Shown here one piece after another: positions 32,666 to 45,529 of a stretch of 64,000 nucleotides of DNA (the first letter of the stretch is position 1; the number at the start of each line of letters is the position of its first letter). The translations under genes and the position numbers were made by a program. The notes beneath the pieces are model-generated. The model did no database searches and had not been told where the DNA came from. It saw nothing but the letters and a program-made list of their open reading frames with translations. Source of the DNA: the human T2T-CHM13v2.0 reference genome, Homo sapiens; the NCBI RefSeq assembly GCF_009914755.1, contig NC_060937.1. The stretch is one strand, 5' to 3'.

Positions 32666-33519
32666 AAAGTTCTCTAAATTACATTGTTTAAGAAAAGGGA
32701 AAAGAAAAAATATCTTTTTTAATTTTCAAATGGGAGGATAGAGCCTCTCATTTCTAATATGTATTTCCTTCTGCAAAAACATGGCCTAGGCCCATGGTCT
32801 TGAACTACTGGACATCTGAATTTTAGTAGGTGCTGGATTCAGGCAACTGAGGGGTGGCTTGGACACACTAAGTGCATGTAAATAAAAGGTTTGAGGTGAA
32901 CTAAAAGGTAAAAGAGGGGAAGGTGCTATTAAGAACCCACAATTGGGAGACATTACAGGGTTGGTGGAAGGACTGGTTCATGCTACAGATACTGACCCAG
33001 GTGAAACTTTACTCTGACTTATTTCTGTGTCCATGCAAGAAGACGAGATTATGATCAGGTGGCACAGAAACCTGGGATGGTGAAAAAACCAGGTTGCCCC
33101 TGCAGATTCAGTGTCTGAGGTAGAGCATATGCCAGGGGTCTTGTAGGCACGTGTGTGGGTTTTTGGTGGGAAAGTCTATGAGGATAGGTAGCATGGGCAA
33201 CAATCTTGATGCCGAAGCCCTGTGCTGGGAGGGGCTTGACCACGTCAACATGCAGTGTGTATGTTCAGTGGGTGAAAAACATATGGTGGCCTCAGGTTGG
33301 CAGGAGGGTAGAAGGCATCTGTTCTCAGAACTTCTTCCCTCAGAGTCGTCGGTCCTTCTTACCATGGGAGGATGCCTGGAACCACAGGGCAGTGCATGGT
33401 GTAGCAGCCTGTGTGCAGAGCAGAGCCTACCTTCCCCGAGACACCTGGAGTCTCTCTCCAGCAGAGGCCCCCACATTGTCTTTCTTTTTATGTTTTTGAT
33501 CCTAAATGTGGAAAGTTCC

Positions 33520-33855
33520 CTGAAAACCCACTGATTCTCCAACACCCATTTGTTGCCCCAAAATTTAATTCTGACACAACTTAGAGTTCGCACAGACCCC
33601 ACAAATTCAGGGCTCAGTCCCACATCACCTCTCTCACTGTAGAGGAGAGTTACACATCCCTGAAGCCCATCTACACTTCTGAGCTACCTCCTATAAATCT
33701 GAGACTAGCATAAACCCCTTTTCAAGTTAAATAATTTGATAGAATTACTAAAAAGAAAACCTCAACAAATAACTGTAATTATATTTACTACTTTATTATA
33801 AAAATATAACTCAGAAACAGCCAAATGGAAGAGATGTCTAGGGCAAGGAACAGTT
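33520..33855. mobile_element. MER21-like LTR fragment
   Basis: aattctgacac...cagggctcagtcccaca...tataactcagaaacagccaaatggaagagatg. Confidence 0.7.
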
Positions 33856-33859
33856 GTGG

Positions 33860-34430
33860 GTGAAGGTAATCCTGGAAATAGCTATATTTAAAGAAATTCC
33901 CCCATTCTTTGCATTCTCAAAGAACAGCTTAGTGAAGAGAAACGTGCTTCCCCTGATGACTTTGAGGATGCTCCCTGCTGTTTTTTTAACCTATCACAAA
34001 AATGGACACAGATTGCAAATTCCCATTTTTAAAAATGAACAACCATTCAGTAATTTAGTCTTCAGTGGTCAAAATAACATACTCTTTACAGAAACTTTGC
34101 TTGTTTCTCTTCTTCCAACCAGCCCCTGAACTTTGACTCACCCACAGCTTCAGCAAACCTACAACCCTTATTTATACATAACCCTCCTAAGAACAGGCTG
34201 AGTTCAAGGTGAAACATTATCTTATCTGGGATCTCATTTTGCTACCCTCCATCGTGTGCTTCCTTTCCAACCTTCTTTGTAAACTTGTTTTCTCTCCCTA
34301 TGAAATAAGGCCCTTTTCCACCTAACCTTAGAGATACTCAAAGATCTAATCATTTGTACTTTTTCTTTGTTGCAGTACTTCTTAGGTAACTTCTTAGACC
34401 AAGTCTAGAAACAATCTGAGGACAATAACA
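33860..34430 (+). mobile_element. Old ERV1 LTR (MER34/MER39-like)
   Basis: tgaagg start; aaggtgaaacattatcttatctgggatctc...ctttgtaaacttgttttctctccc...gttgcagtact. Confidence 0.45.
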
Positions 34431-34782
34431 ATTCCATTCTAAAAAGAATCTCCCAACATTTCTTCTGTCTCAACCTCAACTGCATCTGCCTGTGAACTTC
34501 CAGCTTACCAAGGCTCTATATCTTCTGGCAGTGACAAAGGCTCCTTCCATGGTTGGTGTGAGTAGGCTTGGACACCTGCAGGGTAGACACCCAGGAATAA
34601 TCAACTGGGCCTTCAGTGGTCCTCTTTTGCAGGGTCAAGGTGGGCCTTAGCTTTTAGTCAATGGTCTAAGACTTCTACTTACCAGTTAGTCATTCAGTTA
34701 GTTTTCAATTCAAAAAATACTTCATGTTTGAAGAATCCAGCAAAAATTATTCAAATCTAAGGTATAAAAGAGAGGAAATTAC

Positions 34783-35095
<313 letters not shown>

Positions 35096-35398
35096 TTATA
35101 AGGGGCTTATATCTTATAATTCATCAAGAAAAGCCAAAGTATCTATCCCTTTCAGAAAATAAACATGTAATTTAATTATGTTCATAACAAATCATTTAGT
35201 AAACAATTAATCATATGTGAACACTTCCAAGAGGCGCAAAGTCCCAGCTCCTAAAACTTAACATTACCCTCAAACACCCAGATGGCAGCATATGGAATAG
35301 AGTTATTCACTTTCACAAGTTCTCTCTTTTGAAAAAAAGAATAACTTATGTGATAAATTTATGTAATTTGACAATTAATCTACCTCATGTGCTTGCAG

Positions 35399-35563
35399 AT
35401 ATGTATTCATTTCCTACCACCGTAGTGGAAGAGATACTATCCCTATCTTTACAACTGATAGCATTTCCAACAGTAAGCTGTGAGATTCTGCTTGAAATCA
35501 CCTCTCAAACAAATAAAAAACAGACCTGGGAGACATGCTACACTCATTCTGCTCAAGAAATAG
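35399..35563 (+). other. Candidate exon of a spliced lncRNA/small-ORF transcript
   Basis: Acceptor gtgcttgcag|; consensus donor AG|GTAAGT; open frame from ATG 35401 (MYSFPTTVVEEILSLSL...AQEI). Confidence 0.5.
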
Positions 35564-37342
35564 GTAAGTAACAATTTTTAACAAATGAAATATATTACTA
35601 CTTAATTTTATTCAAAATTCACCAACTTAATGTGCTTTATAAATATTCTCATACCTTTGAAGCTCTACTGATAAAACATAATTTACAGTTAATGAAAAAG
35701 TGAAGTTAAAATAAATCCAATCATATTTTCAAGGTGACAAAATTAGAAGGTGACAATGCTGATTGAAACACAGACATATCTGACCCAAGGGTCAAGTCAA
35801 GCCTTTCTATTACTTGGGATATTTTCCCTGCTTCTATCTGGTTCAGTGATGTGGGTCATGAGCGTCCTACCAGGAGCTGCTACACTCTGCTCCACTGTGT
35901 CTGTGAGGTGCATTTTACTTTGCAGGTTTTTGCACTGCCTCACTAGGTTGGGTTTCTTTGTCCTTTGAAATATTTTCTCTCTCTTCACCAATCTGAGGAC
36001 AGTTTTTCCTCAATATCAGCATCCAGTTGCCTGGCCTGCAATGTGTCTCTAAGGAATGGAAACTAAGCGTTGGGGTAAGAAATTCTTAATGTCCTAAGGG
36101 GTTTGCTTTTAACGCAAAGGTATACCTGGAGATTCCTTCCAGGTATAGTGCATCCAACCACTCCAAAAAGAGGCTGCATTCCCATACCTTGGGCTGTTCC
36201 CTGAGAGGAGATGACACAAGGGATGCTATTTACTAGACACTTCAAGAGTCATGGCCACTGTTGGTATCTTGGGGATTCTCAAGCAGTTTTGAAACCCAAA
36301 ACCAAGAAAATAACACAGGATGCCTGAGGATGTATTGCCCTGTGAGGTTTCTGAAATGAAACCTCAACCCAAAGACATTCTGATGGGGTGTCTGTGCCAA
36401 GGGAAGATTAAAGAAAGGGACACAAATATTTTCTTTCCTTTTATTTTCTTTTTTTTTTACTGTGGATTGTCAGGGGATTATTATGTGCTTTCATGTCCTG
36501 TGAAATGTTTACAAATGAAAAATATTTTTTAAAGTGTCATCCACTGCTTTTTGAAAAAATGCAGAATTAAAATACTGTGTCTAAAATGTACAATAAAGAA
36601 CAGTTGATAATGTTGTGAGTTACACAAGGTTAGTTAGTGTTGGTAAGTGTCAGGAAAGAACTGGAAATTTAAACTCTGACTGCAAGCCAGAGTTAGGCTG
36701 GGGTAACAGGGTGGTAGATTTGAGGCTCTTCTTGCCACACATTTGGAAAATGCATGAGAAAACTAATTCTCTTTTGGAGCATTAAAACAACTAAAAAACA
36801 GGCAATTGCGTTGAGGTGGCTCTAGTGTCCTGAGCTCTGAGTGGAGAGACAGGCAAAGGCAAAGGCATCCCAAAAGATCCAAAAAGCTGCCCATTCTTCT
36901 CCAGCTGTGCACCTGATTAGATAATTTCCACTCCAGCACCCATGATTGGATATAGTTCAATTCCCCACCAAGCCCCCTCAGGCCATGAGTGACATATGTG
37001 ATTTGACACTGGATTGAATAAAGCAAGAATTATAAGTTTTTCCTGGATCCTTTTCTGGCAGGGCTTCCTTCATGCACTGGACACTGGCCCTGACTGTAAA
37101 ATACTTGCATTTTCATTTGTGTGTAAGATTATTTGTATTTATGAAAAATATATATGTGTTATTCATACATGGAAGCAATATAATGACAATTATTTTAAAA
37201 TTTCAGATTTTTTACTTTCCTGGCACATCCAGGTTTTAGAGCAGGCAGCCTGAGATTTCAAAAATGAGGCAATTCTCTAAGAAATAATATGTGAGGCACA
37301 TGTGAATTTTAAATATTCTAGTAGCTACATTTTAATAAATAC

Positions 37343-37636
37343 ACCAGGCATGGTTGCCTGTTCGTGTAGGTTGAACTGTTTGGGAGACTGATGTGGGAGG
37401 ATCATTTGAGGCAAGGAGTTTGTGACTAGCCCAGGCAGCATAGAGAAAGCCATCTCAACAACAACAAAAAAAAAATTGAAAAATTAGCCATGCCTGGTGT
37501 ATGCCTTCAGTCCCAGCTACTCAGAAGGCTGGAGCTGGAGGATCACCTGAGCCTGGGAGGTCAAGGCTGCAGTGAGCCATGATCACACCACTGCACTCCA
37601 GCCTCACTGACAGAACAAAACTCTGACTCAAAAAAC
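37343..37636 (+). mobile_element. AluJ
   Basis: ggaggatcacctgagcctgggaggtcaaggctgcagtgagccatgatc. Confidence 0.88.
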
Positions 37637-37844
37637 TGATCTCTGGAAAGGCATTTTCTTTTTCTGCAACGTAGCCAACTAGCTAAGTTTGTATTGAAGC
37701 CATCCTTTAATTTTTAACAGGGCAAGAATATTTTCTAAGACCCCGAACTCCAGATATGCGATGGGGCAAATCCTGAAGCGTACATGGCTATCTCTCACAG
37801 CTAAAGCACCCCTCACCCCTATCCTGCGCTTCTTACCCCTGGCG

Positions 37845-37995
37845 CAAGAGAATCACCTGCGGGGAGGAAAACTTTCAAAATCCCTTAAACCCAAGTTGTA
37901 ACCGCACAACTAAATCAGAATCCTTGGAGCTGGATCTGAAAAAAATACGGTTGAAAGTCGTGCAGGTGATTACAATGTGTAGGCAAGCCACAAAA
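37845..37995. mobile_element. MER5-type DNA transposon remnant
   Basis: agaatcacctg...ctaaatcagaatcc...caggtgattacaatgtg. Confidence 0.6.
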
Positions 37996-38869
37996 CCATG
38001 GCTTTAACCAGCAGCTTTTGTTAGAAATGATTTCTCCAATGAATGTAAAAACGTTTGCTGCTGAATTGTGACCTTTCAATTTTACCTGCTTTTCCTGCAA
38101 AGTATATTTTGCAGACCCAGGCTGGCTTCTCCTTCTGTTCCTGGTTCACCCAGTGCTGTGTGTGCTCAGTGCATCCTGTGCACGGGCCACTGTGCTGTGT
38201 GCGCTGGCCTGGGTGAGCATCATTCTTCGGGGAGAACATTTCTGAAAACAAAGCTGAATTCCAAAAAGTTAAAACCATGCTACTTACTGTACTGAGGTAA
38301 AAATTAAAAGACCTAGGGGACTCTTCCAAAAGTTAAAACGTAAATAAATATCTTGGAACATTAATATACACCTGACGATGTCCTGAGTGAACACGCCCCA
38401 CTTTAAAACAAAACAAAACATTACTATTATTCTAAAATATTAATTTAGGATTGTTATGCAAATATGTACTATTTAAATATTTATTGATGAATAACATGCA
38501 TACAGCAATATAGGAACAAAATATTTATGGAATGCTTGATGAATTATTACTAAATAAATACACTTGTGTATGTAAGAATCAGATTTGCTCATGCCCTTGA
38601 CACTTTCTCCTTCCCAAAGGTAACCAAGACCTTAAGAGCTAAGTGTAGATAAACTTTGTCATTTTCTACAAGTTTTATTACAGAACATTAAAAACGTATA
38701 CACAATACAAAAAAAAGATAACAGGCCAGTCACCCAGCTTTAACAGCTACTAATCATGTGTCATTTTTGTTTCACCTATACTTCCAGCCATTCCCACCCC
38801 AATTTCATTGTTTTTTAGCCTTTTTGGATAAAATGTATATTCATTGCAAGGTACAATGTGAACTGTAAA

Positions 38870-38993
38870 TAGTAGAGAGATGGGGTTTCATCATGTTGAT
38901 CAGGCTAGTCTTGAACTCCTGTCCTCAGGTGATCCACCTGCTTCGGCTTCCCAAATTGCTGGGATTACAGGCATAAGCCAATATACTCAGCCT
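38870..38993 (-). mobile_element. Alu left-arm fragment
   Basis: agtagagagatggggtttcatcatgttgatcaggctag...gggattacaggcataagcca. Confidence 0.85.
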
Positions 38994-39596
38994 GAGAATT
39001 CATACTTCTAAGAAAGTACAAATCCATAGGGCACATGAGAACTGAAATGTCTATCTACAGTAAATACAGTTTGATGAATAAAATGGAAGGCAATTGACCT
39101 AAGGTGAAAAAAAAAACAAAAAACAATGAAAGCATGGGTACTATGTGTCATCTGTAAGAGCATTTGGTTAAGAATAACAAGCAAACCTGTTTTATAGTTT
39201 TAATAGCCGAAATTGGCAAAATTTCTAGTTTTTCTTTCATAGGAATGCTCTTTGCAAGAAAAAATTTTCATATAGTGAGAGCAAAAATGGCAACCATTTG
39301 CAAGTAAATGTCTTATGAAATTAAGTAGCAGATATCAAGCTCATGACCTTCAGATAGTTACCCCTAACTCAATCACTTACATAGCAAGTGCAGATAATTT
39401 TCATAGCTCCCTATTAAAATTATATTTGAATGCCCTTACAAATTGTGACTGTTTTTAAATAAAGTTGACCAACTAAAATTTTGTATATGACATATGATAA
39501 ATTCCCCTTCAAGTCACCTTACATTTACTTAATTTTATTAGGCAGTGTCTGTCTACCACCCAATAATACTTGAGGATTCTCCCTCCATTTGCACAG

Positions 39597-39694
39597 GCAT
39601 CATAGCTGGGAAACAGGGATTCACAAGACCCAGGCTGTTCCCTACATATGTTTCCTCCTCCGACATCAGTTCATCAGTCAATCAAGCCATGTGA
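39597..39694 (+). other. Candidate downstream exon (coding part to TGA)
   Basis: Acceptor ttctccctccatttgcacag|; in phase with exon 35399-35563, giving GIIAGKQGFTRPRLFPTYVSSSDISSSVNQAM*. Confidence 0.4.
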
Positions 39695-41997
39695 GAGTGG
39701 AGGCCTTGTATTCCCTATTATTCTTGGGCACTCTACTCCAAGTAGGAAAAGGCCAGGAGGTCCTGTTAAAGGATGCACTCAGAGCCCGGTCTCCCTAACG
39801 TATGAGAGTGCTAACCAGCAGGTGTAGACTTTTCAGGAGTGAAGAATGAGGCAGGCATTCCAAACCTGGACCTTCATCATCTTTTGTTTCATCTCAAGAC
39901 AATTCTGAGGGACTGTTTTGGAGCGTGTCTGGAAGGTGAACCTTGAAGAAGAGTGTGGGCTTTGATGTGACTCAGTTGAGATCTTTCATGGGGAGGCAGG
40001 AATTCAATGCCCAGAATCTGGGCTGGTGTCTTTGAGGTCAGTGGGTTGCGTCTTTGTATCAAAGTCCATTGTTACTAGGTTGGAGGCTGGAGATTCTAAA
40101 TGGCTTCCAGACCATCTCTCTGATTCTCTTTGGGAGATGGGGTCTGAAAGACAATGTCAGTATTTTTGGGAAATTCTAGAAAGTGTGCTTGGAAACGTGG
40201 GAAGAGCTCTTGCCTAGTGCCTAAATGCTCCATTTGCAGCTCTGGCCAAGTAGATACTTGGTAGGTATAGAGCCAGGTTTGCATTTATATCAGCAAAACC
40301 TATGTCAGAGTTGAAGAAGTAGTCAGGAAAAAGTGTCTTGGTCGCAGGCCGGGGAACATCTTAAAAGCAAACTTCTAGCCTGTTGACTCTTGGCAATGAG
40401 TGTTGGATCCTGGCTAAAGTGCCTTGAATGCAGCATGAGGTCAATCCATGAATCCAACTTCTAATGGAGAAATGTTAGTATTTTTTCAGTTTGAATCAAT
40501 CAGGGTGAAACTACCATGCTATTGGTTTGCTTAGTTTTTATTATTTCATATAAAATCTAAGACAAAATACATTAAATGCTTATTGACATATGTATTTATT
40601 CTTCACCGGGCTGATAATATCTGCCTAATTTTAAACTTTCTTCCATTTTGTAGGTTTCAACTTATTCTATTGTAAGATACTGTTAAATCTAATAGAGGCA
40701 TTGTCACTTTTACGTATAATTTTATTTTATTTCATATATTTCCTATTGGCTTTTTACATTTAAATTATGGACCACTTCATCATATAAAAAGCTTCAATTA
40801 TATTTAAACAGTAAGTCTTTGGATTTTTTTGTCTTGTAATTTCCATATTACATAATAATGAGATAAACATTAATGTTTTCAGGGTACTTTAAATTTTAGA
40901 TAATTACTCATTGTATTCATGTGAAATTTGTTTTTACTGCATGTGTGGGTTGGAGGACTGTTTTCACTTCTGATTCATCTTTACTCTTATCTCATCAGAG
41001 CTCATACTTCTTGTAGTTGGGGGATTGCAGTTTATAATTCCAATAAATGGGGCAAATTCAATAATAACATAATACAAATGAGTTTGAATGCAGGACATGT
41101 CTTCAAAGCATACACAACATGGGCCTACATATGTACAACAATAATAATTTATAAGTTACAGTTTGGATGGAAAGTAAAAGTACAGAAAATTTGTTAAAGG
41201 AAATTAAAATGGAGATCATGTCTCAATAATCTCTGAGCAGACAAAATTAGTTAGGTCTCATAAGTGATCTCAACCTCGCTTGATTTGCAAATACAAACAA
41301 AACTTACATTATTTCTTGTAGCTGCATATTTAAAAAAGAGAAATGAAGCTCAACCAGTCAGAAGTAGCCAACAACCTTATATAAATAGAAACTGTCCAAC
41401 AAGGTAAACAGACAAACAAAAAACAATAAAAAAAGTTGTGCTACCACCAATCAAATGATTTCTTTGTTTCTACATTTTTCAAATAAATACTTGCTTCTTA
41501 CACTGTCAATGAAGCACTCAATATCTTTCCATCTGATATTTTATAATTTATCAATTGCTCTTACTCAAATAAACACTTTGCAATTTCATTGTGTCTCAAA
41601 TTACTTTTTAGCAGAATAAACTAGGAATAAATATTACAAAAATGTCTACGGAATATGGAAAAAACATAGAAAGTTTATGAAATATCTGAATGTAGACATA
41701 AGCAAATAGACAATTTGTATCATATTCTTAGGCAGAAAAACTCAATATTATCAACATCAATTGTCCTTATAGTTATTTATAAATTCAATTTTGTTCCTAT
41801 ACTGATACCATTAAATATTGCAAGTACACGTTACTATAAAATATTATATAGATGAAAATGCAAACAAGAATAGACAAGAAAACTCTGAAAAAAAAAAAAA
41901 AAACACTGGCAAGCCCTGTGTAAAATCTTGATTGATTAAAAAACTCATGGATCACTGAAACTAAAAATTCAGAAATAAACCAAAGTGTCTAAGAAAG

Positions 41998-42324
41998 TGT
42001 CATAGTGCATCTTGGCTGCTATAACAAAATACCTTAGACTGGGTAAAGGATAAATAAGAGAAATGTATTTTTCACAGTTATGGAGTCTGGAAAGTGCAAG
42101 ATTAAGGCAGCAGCAAATTTAGTATATGGTGAGAGCCCTATTCCCCATAGATGGTACCATCTCGCACATGGGACAAGGGCATTCCCTTCAACTTCCTTTG
42201 AAAGAGCACTGATTCCATTCATGAAGATGAAGAACTCTTGGCTTCACCACTTTCCCAAAGGCCTCATGCCTAAAATTATACACATATGAATTTGAAAGGG
42301 GACATAAACATTCAGGCCATAGCA
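41998..42324 (-). mobile_element. MaLR LTR (MSTD/MLT1A-like)
   Basis: tgtcatagtgcatcttggctgctataacaaaataccttagactggg...acataaacattcaggccatagca. Confidence 0.85.
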
Positions 42325-45300
42325 ATAAAAACTACATGGGTGATGGCATCATTTATACATGAGGTGTAAAAATGTGATGTTCTTATCACAAAGGAAATAA
42401 ATGATTTATTCTTCATGGCATATATCAAAATAAAGGTCCAATGAAAATATTTTTTATAAAGATAAATCTATATGGCAAAAAATTAAGTATTGATAAGTTT
42501 AACCCTACAGGTTGCATCAGGATTTTCAAGGTTTCCAGGGATGAGCAAGGCCCTGGAGTTTCTTCCTGTGACATTTTCCTGGAAGTTGCTCATGCTGTTA
42601 TTCAATTTGAAAGTAGATAATATTGTTTGTTTCTCTTCCAATATTTACTAAATTCAAAATAATATAGGGCTCTTTACTCATAATTCTCAAACAATCATTC
42701 AGTCAGTGGGGCTCTGCTGAGGAAGAGCACAGACACATCCACACAAGTATAATGTTCCTCAAATAGAGGACTTCTCCTTGTGCTGGAGCCACCTATGTTG
42801 CACTCGATCAGAGGCTTTCCCAGGATAGCATTTCTCTGCAGCCCTACCACAGTCTTAACCCTGAAAATCCCACTCAGAAGGCGACGGATGAACACCCACC
42901 CTAGCATTCTAATCTAATGGATCCTCTCTTAACAATCCCTTCCAGGGATCTGGGATCTTTCCTGGATTCGTCGGCCACACACAGCTAGGCTCAAAAATTT
43001 GGACAGAAACTTTGATCCTCATTGGCCCTCCTGCCCTGTCCTACCAGCTTCTCTAGAAGTATGCTTCTCTAATTGCTCCTGAGAGACACTATCTAAGGGT
43101 ATCAACCTGTGCCAATATAATTGATCTCATAAAGTGAGAAGGGAAATAGGCAAGAGTCCAGCTAGCCTAGAAGAAGTGTCTAGGGTTCCTTACCTGATTT
43201 ATGTCTCTGATTTACCTAAATATTGACAAATACAGATTCACCTCTAGGCAGTAGAAAAACAGAAGGAGAAATCCCAGTTCATAGAGGAAGAAGAAAATGC
43301 AATCAATGCTGTCTAGAGTCCCGCTTAAGCTCAGCCACAGGGTACTAAGTCTCTTCAGGAAAAAGCAATTGTTGTCCATCATCTGAAAAACTGTGGCCTG
43401 GAACCATGGGCACCGAGAGTGCACACTGCCCACTAGAGTTCCATGCCTACATCACGGAGAGATAGAATAGTCTCAAATGATTCTTAAGAGTAATGTGGGG
43501 ACCAAAAGGAGATGAATCCACAGCCTCTGCCTTACCGTCTGATCTAACTAATAGTATTTCCAGACCTTTCTGTGGGCTGCACCAGGGGTTATTCAGAAAG
43601 AAAAAAAGTTGTTAATATCCCACCGTTTCCCGTAGCTTCCGAGGTCTGTGTTGTTCATACCCCAGGTTCCAGGTTGTTCTCCCACTACTTCCACAGAATC
43701 AGTGAGTCTCATTCCGGTACCTATAATCTCATCTTTATTCTAGTCGCCCTCTACTTTTTTCTAAACACTTTATCTAGTAGAGCCAGGTAAAATAGAGACA
43801 AGAATATTTACATAAAAGTTAGCTGGAACTAAGTTGGAGTCCCATAACTGCTACTAGGCTGAGATGCAACTCAGAGGATACAAAAGCCAGGCTTGCCTAG
43901 AATTGCAGGTATGGGAAAGAAAGTCACATTTCACCCAGGAATTATTAGCACGAAATTCCAAGATTGTGAAATAGATTCCTAGATCCCCCAAACATTTCAT
44001 CCTTATCTTGGAGGCAATCAGGAAGAGAAAATAAACCATACCTAATCAACAAATTATCTAACCATCATGTGTGGAAAAGGAGGGAACATCATAGAGTTGG
44101 CTTGTTTTAGTACGTGTGGTGAAAAATGCCACGAAGTCAGAGCTCAATTGGTCTCAAAAACCTAAAAGATGGCACAGATTAACTTCACGGGACACATGGT
44201 ATGGATGGTGTCGGCATACTGTTATGCTGAAGATGTCAAGAGTGGTGACTGATATCTCAAGAAGTGGGCCAAAAGTCCACTTCTGGTTACTCTGCTAGGT
44301 ATGGTCTAGGAATTCTTCAACCATGAGACAAATAGGTCAACTTTCACCAGCAACCCCAAGTCTGGTTTGCAGTATTAGACTCTGCGTTAGACACAGATTT
44401 AGGTTCAATCTGCAGCTTGATTGTTGTCACTCTCTAGAAAACAAACTCTTACCATGGACTTCTAGATGAGTGATCCAGTTAGATCAGCATCTGAGATTGT
44501 CTCCAGTTTGCAGCCCAAAAGACATTCAGACAGTCTACAGTTTCCATTGTAGATAACCAAACAGATAGAATATGTGCCATTATCCCAAACCCTGAGTTCT
44601 GACCTTTGAGAGGAGCAACCACTCATGTCAGGTTCTGTATGGCTGGCACAGGTTAAACAGCCACAGCGGCCCAGTGGACATCATGAGGTTTCACCTTCCC
44701 TGACTCATCTATGAACCAGGACCAGTCATATAGGAAACACTCAGTAAATTGGGGGCCCCACAGAGACAGCAGCTTTGCTTCAGAGGATAGAAGGAGGCAT
44801 AAAATTTCAAACAGCTGGGGATGCTCTAGCCCTCTATGGGTGAAACTGAGTTTGGCAGGAGTTCTGCAGCAAGCTCTTAGCTGACTTTCAAATCAGTGTA
44901 ACCAGTAGTGTGTCACTGAGTCCAAAAGCCCAAAGAACACCTCTGGGAGGAGGCTAGTCCTTTACTAGAGGCTCCAAATGCCAAAATCAAGATTTTCTTG
45001 ACCTCAGGATGAATTGATCAATGCAAATCTCCCCAAATATTTTCACTAAACCTTAATTGGAAAGTAAGACTCCAGATTTTTTAACTCTCACTAAACATAA
45101 ATATCTGATTTTTTCACCTGAGATCTATGTATGTGTGTTGGAGCATGCCTTTACCAATCAGCATAAAGTTACATCTCTCCTTGCGCCTCTACTTTCTACT
45201 TGTGCAGAGTTTAAAATGCAGAGGTGAGAGCTTAGGGTTTTCTGGGTCTTTTGCTAAGCATGTACCTGACCTTGAGCATCCCCAATTCCCCATTTCCTTC

Positions 45301-45529
45301 TTGATCCCAAAGACCGTTATCACAGTCTTAATTCACAGCAGCTTTTCCTCCTAGAGCTTTTTGACATGATTATTCTTAGACCCAACTGATATCCTTCGTT
45401 CCTGGTAGACTGCGTAGCTCATTTCCATTTAAATGCTTTTAGAAATATTAAACTATGGATTTAAGATTTATCTGCTTTTTAAATTAAGTAATGCTGCTCT
45501 TAGCCTTCCACAGGACTTGAGGGTTATAA

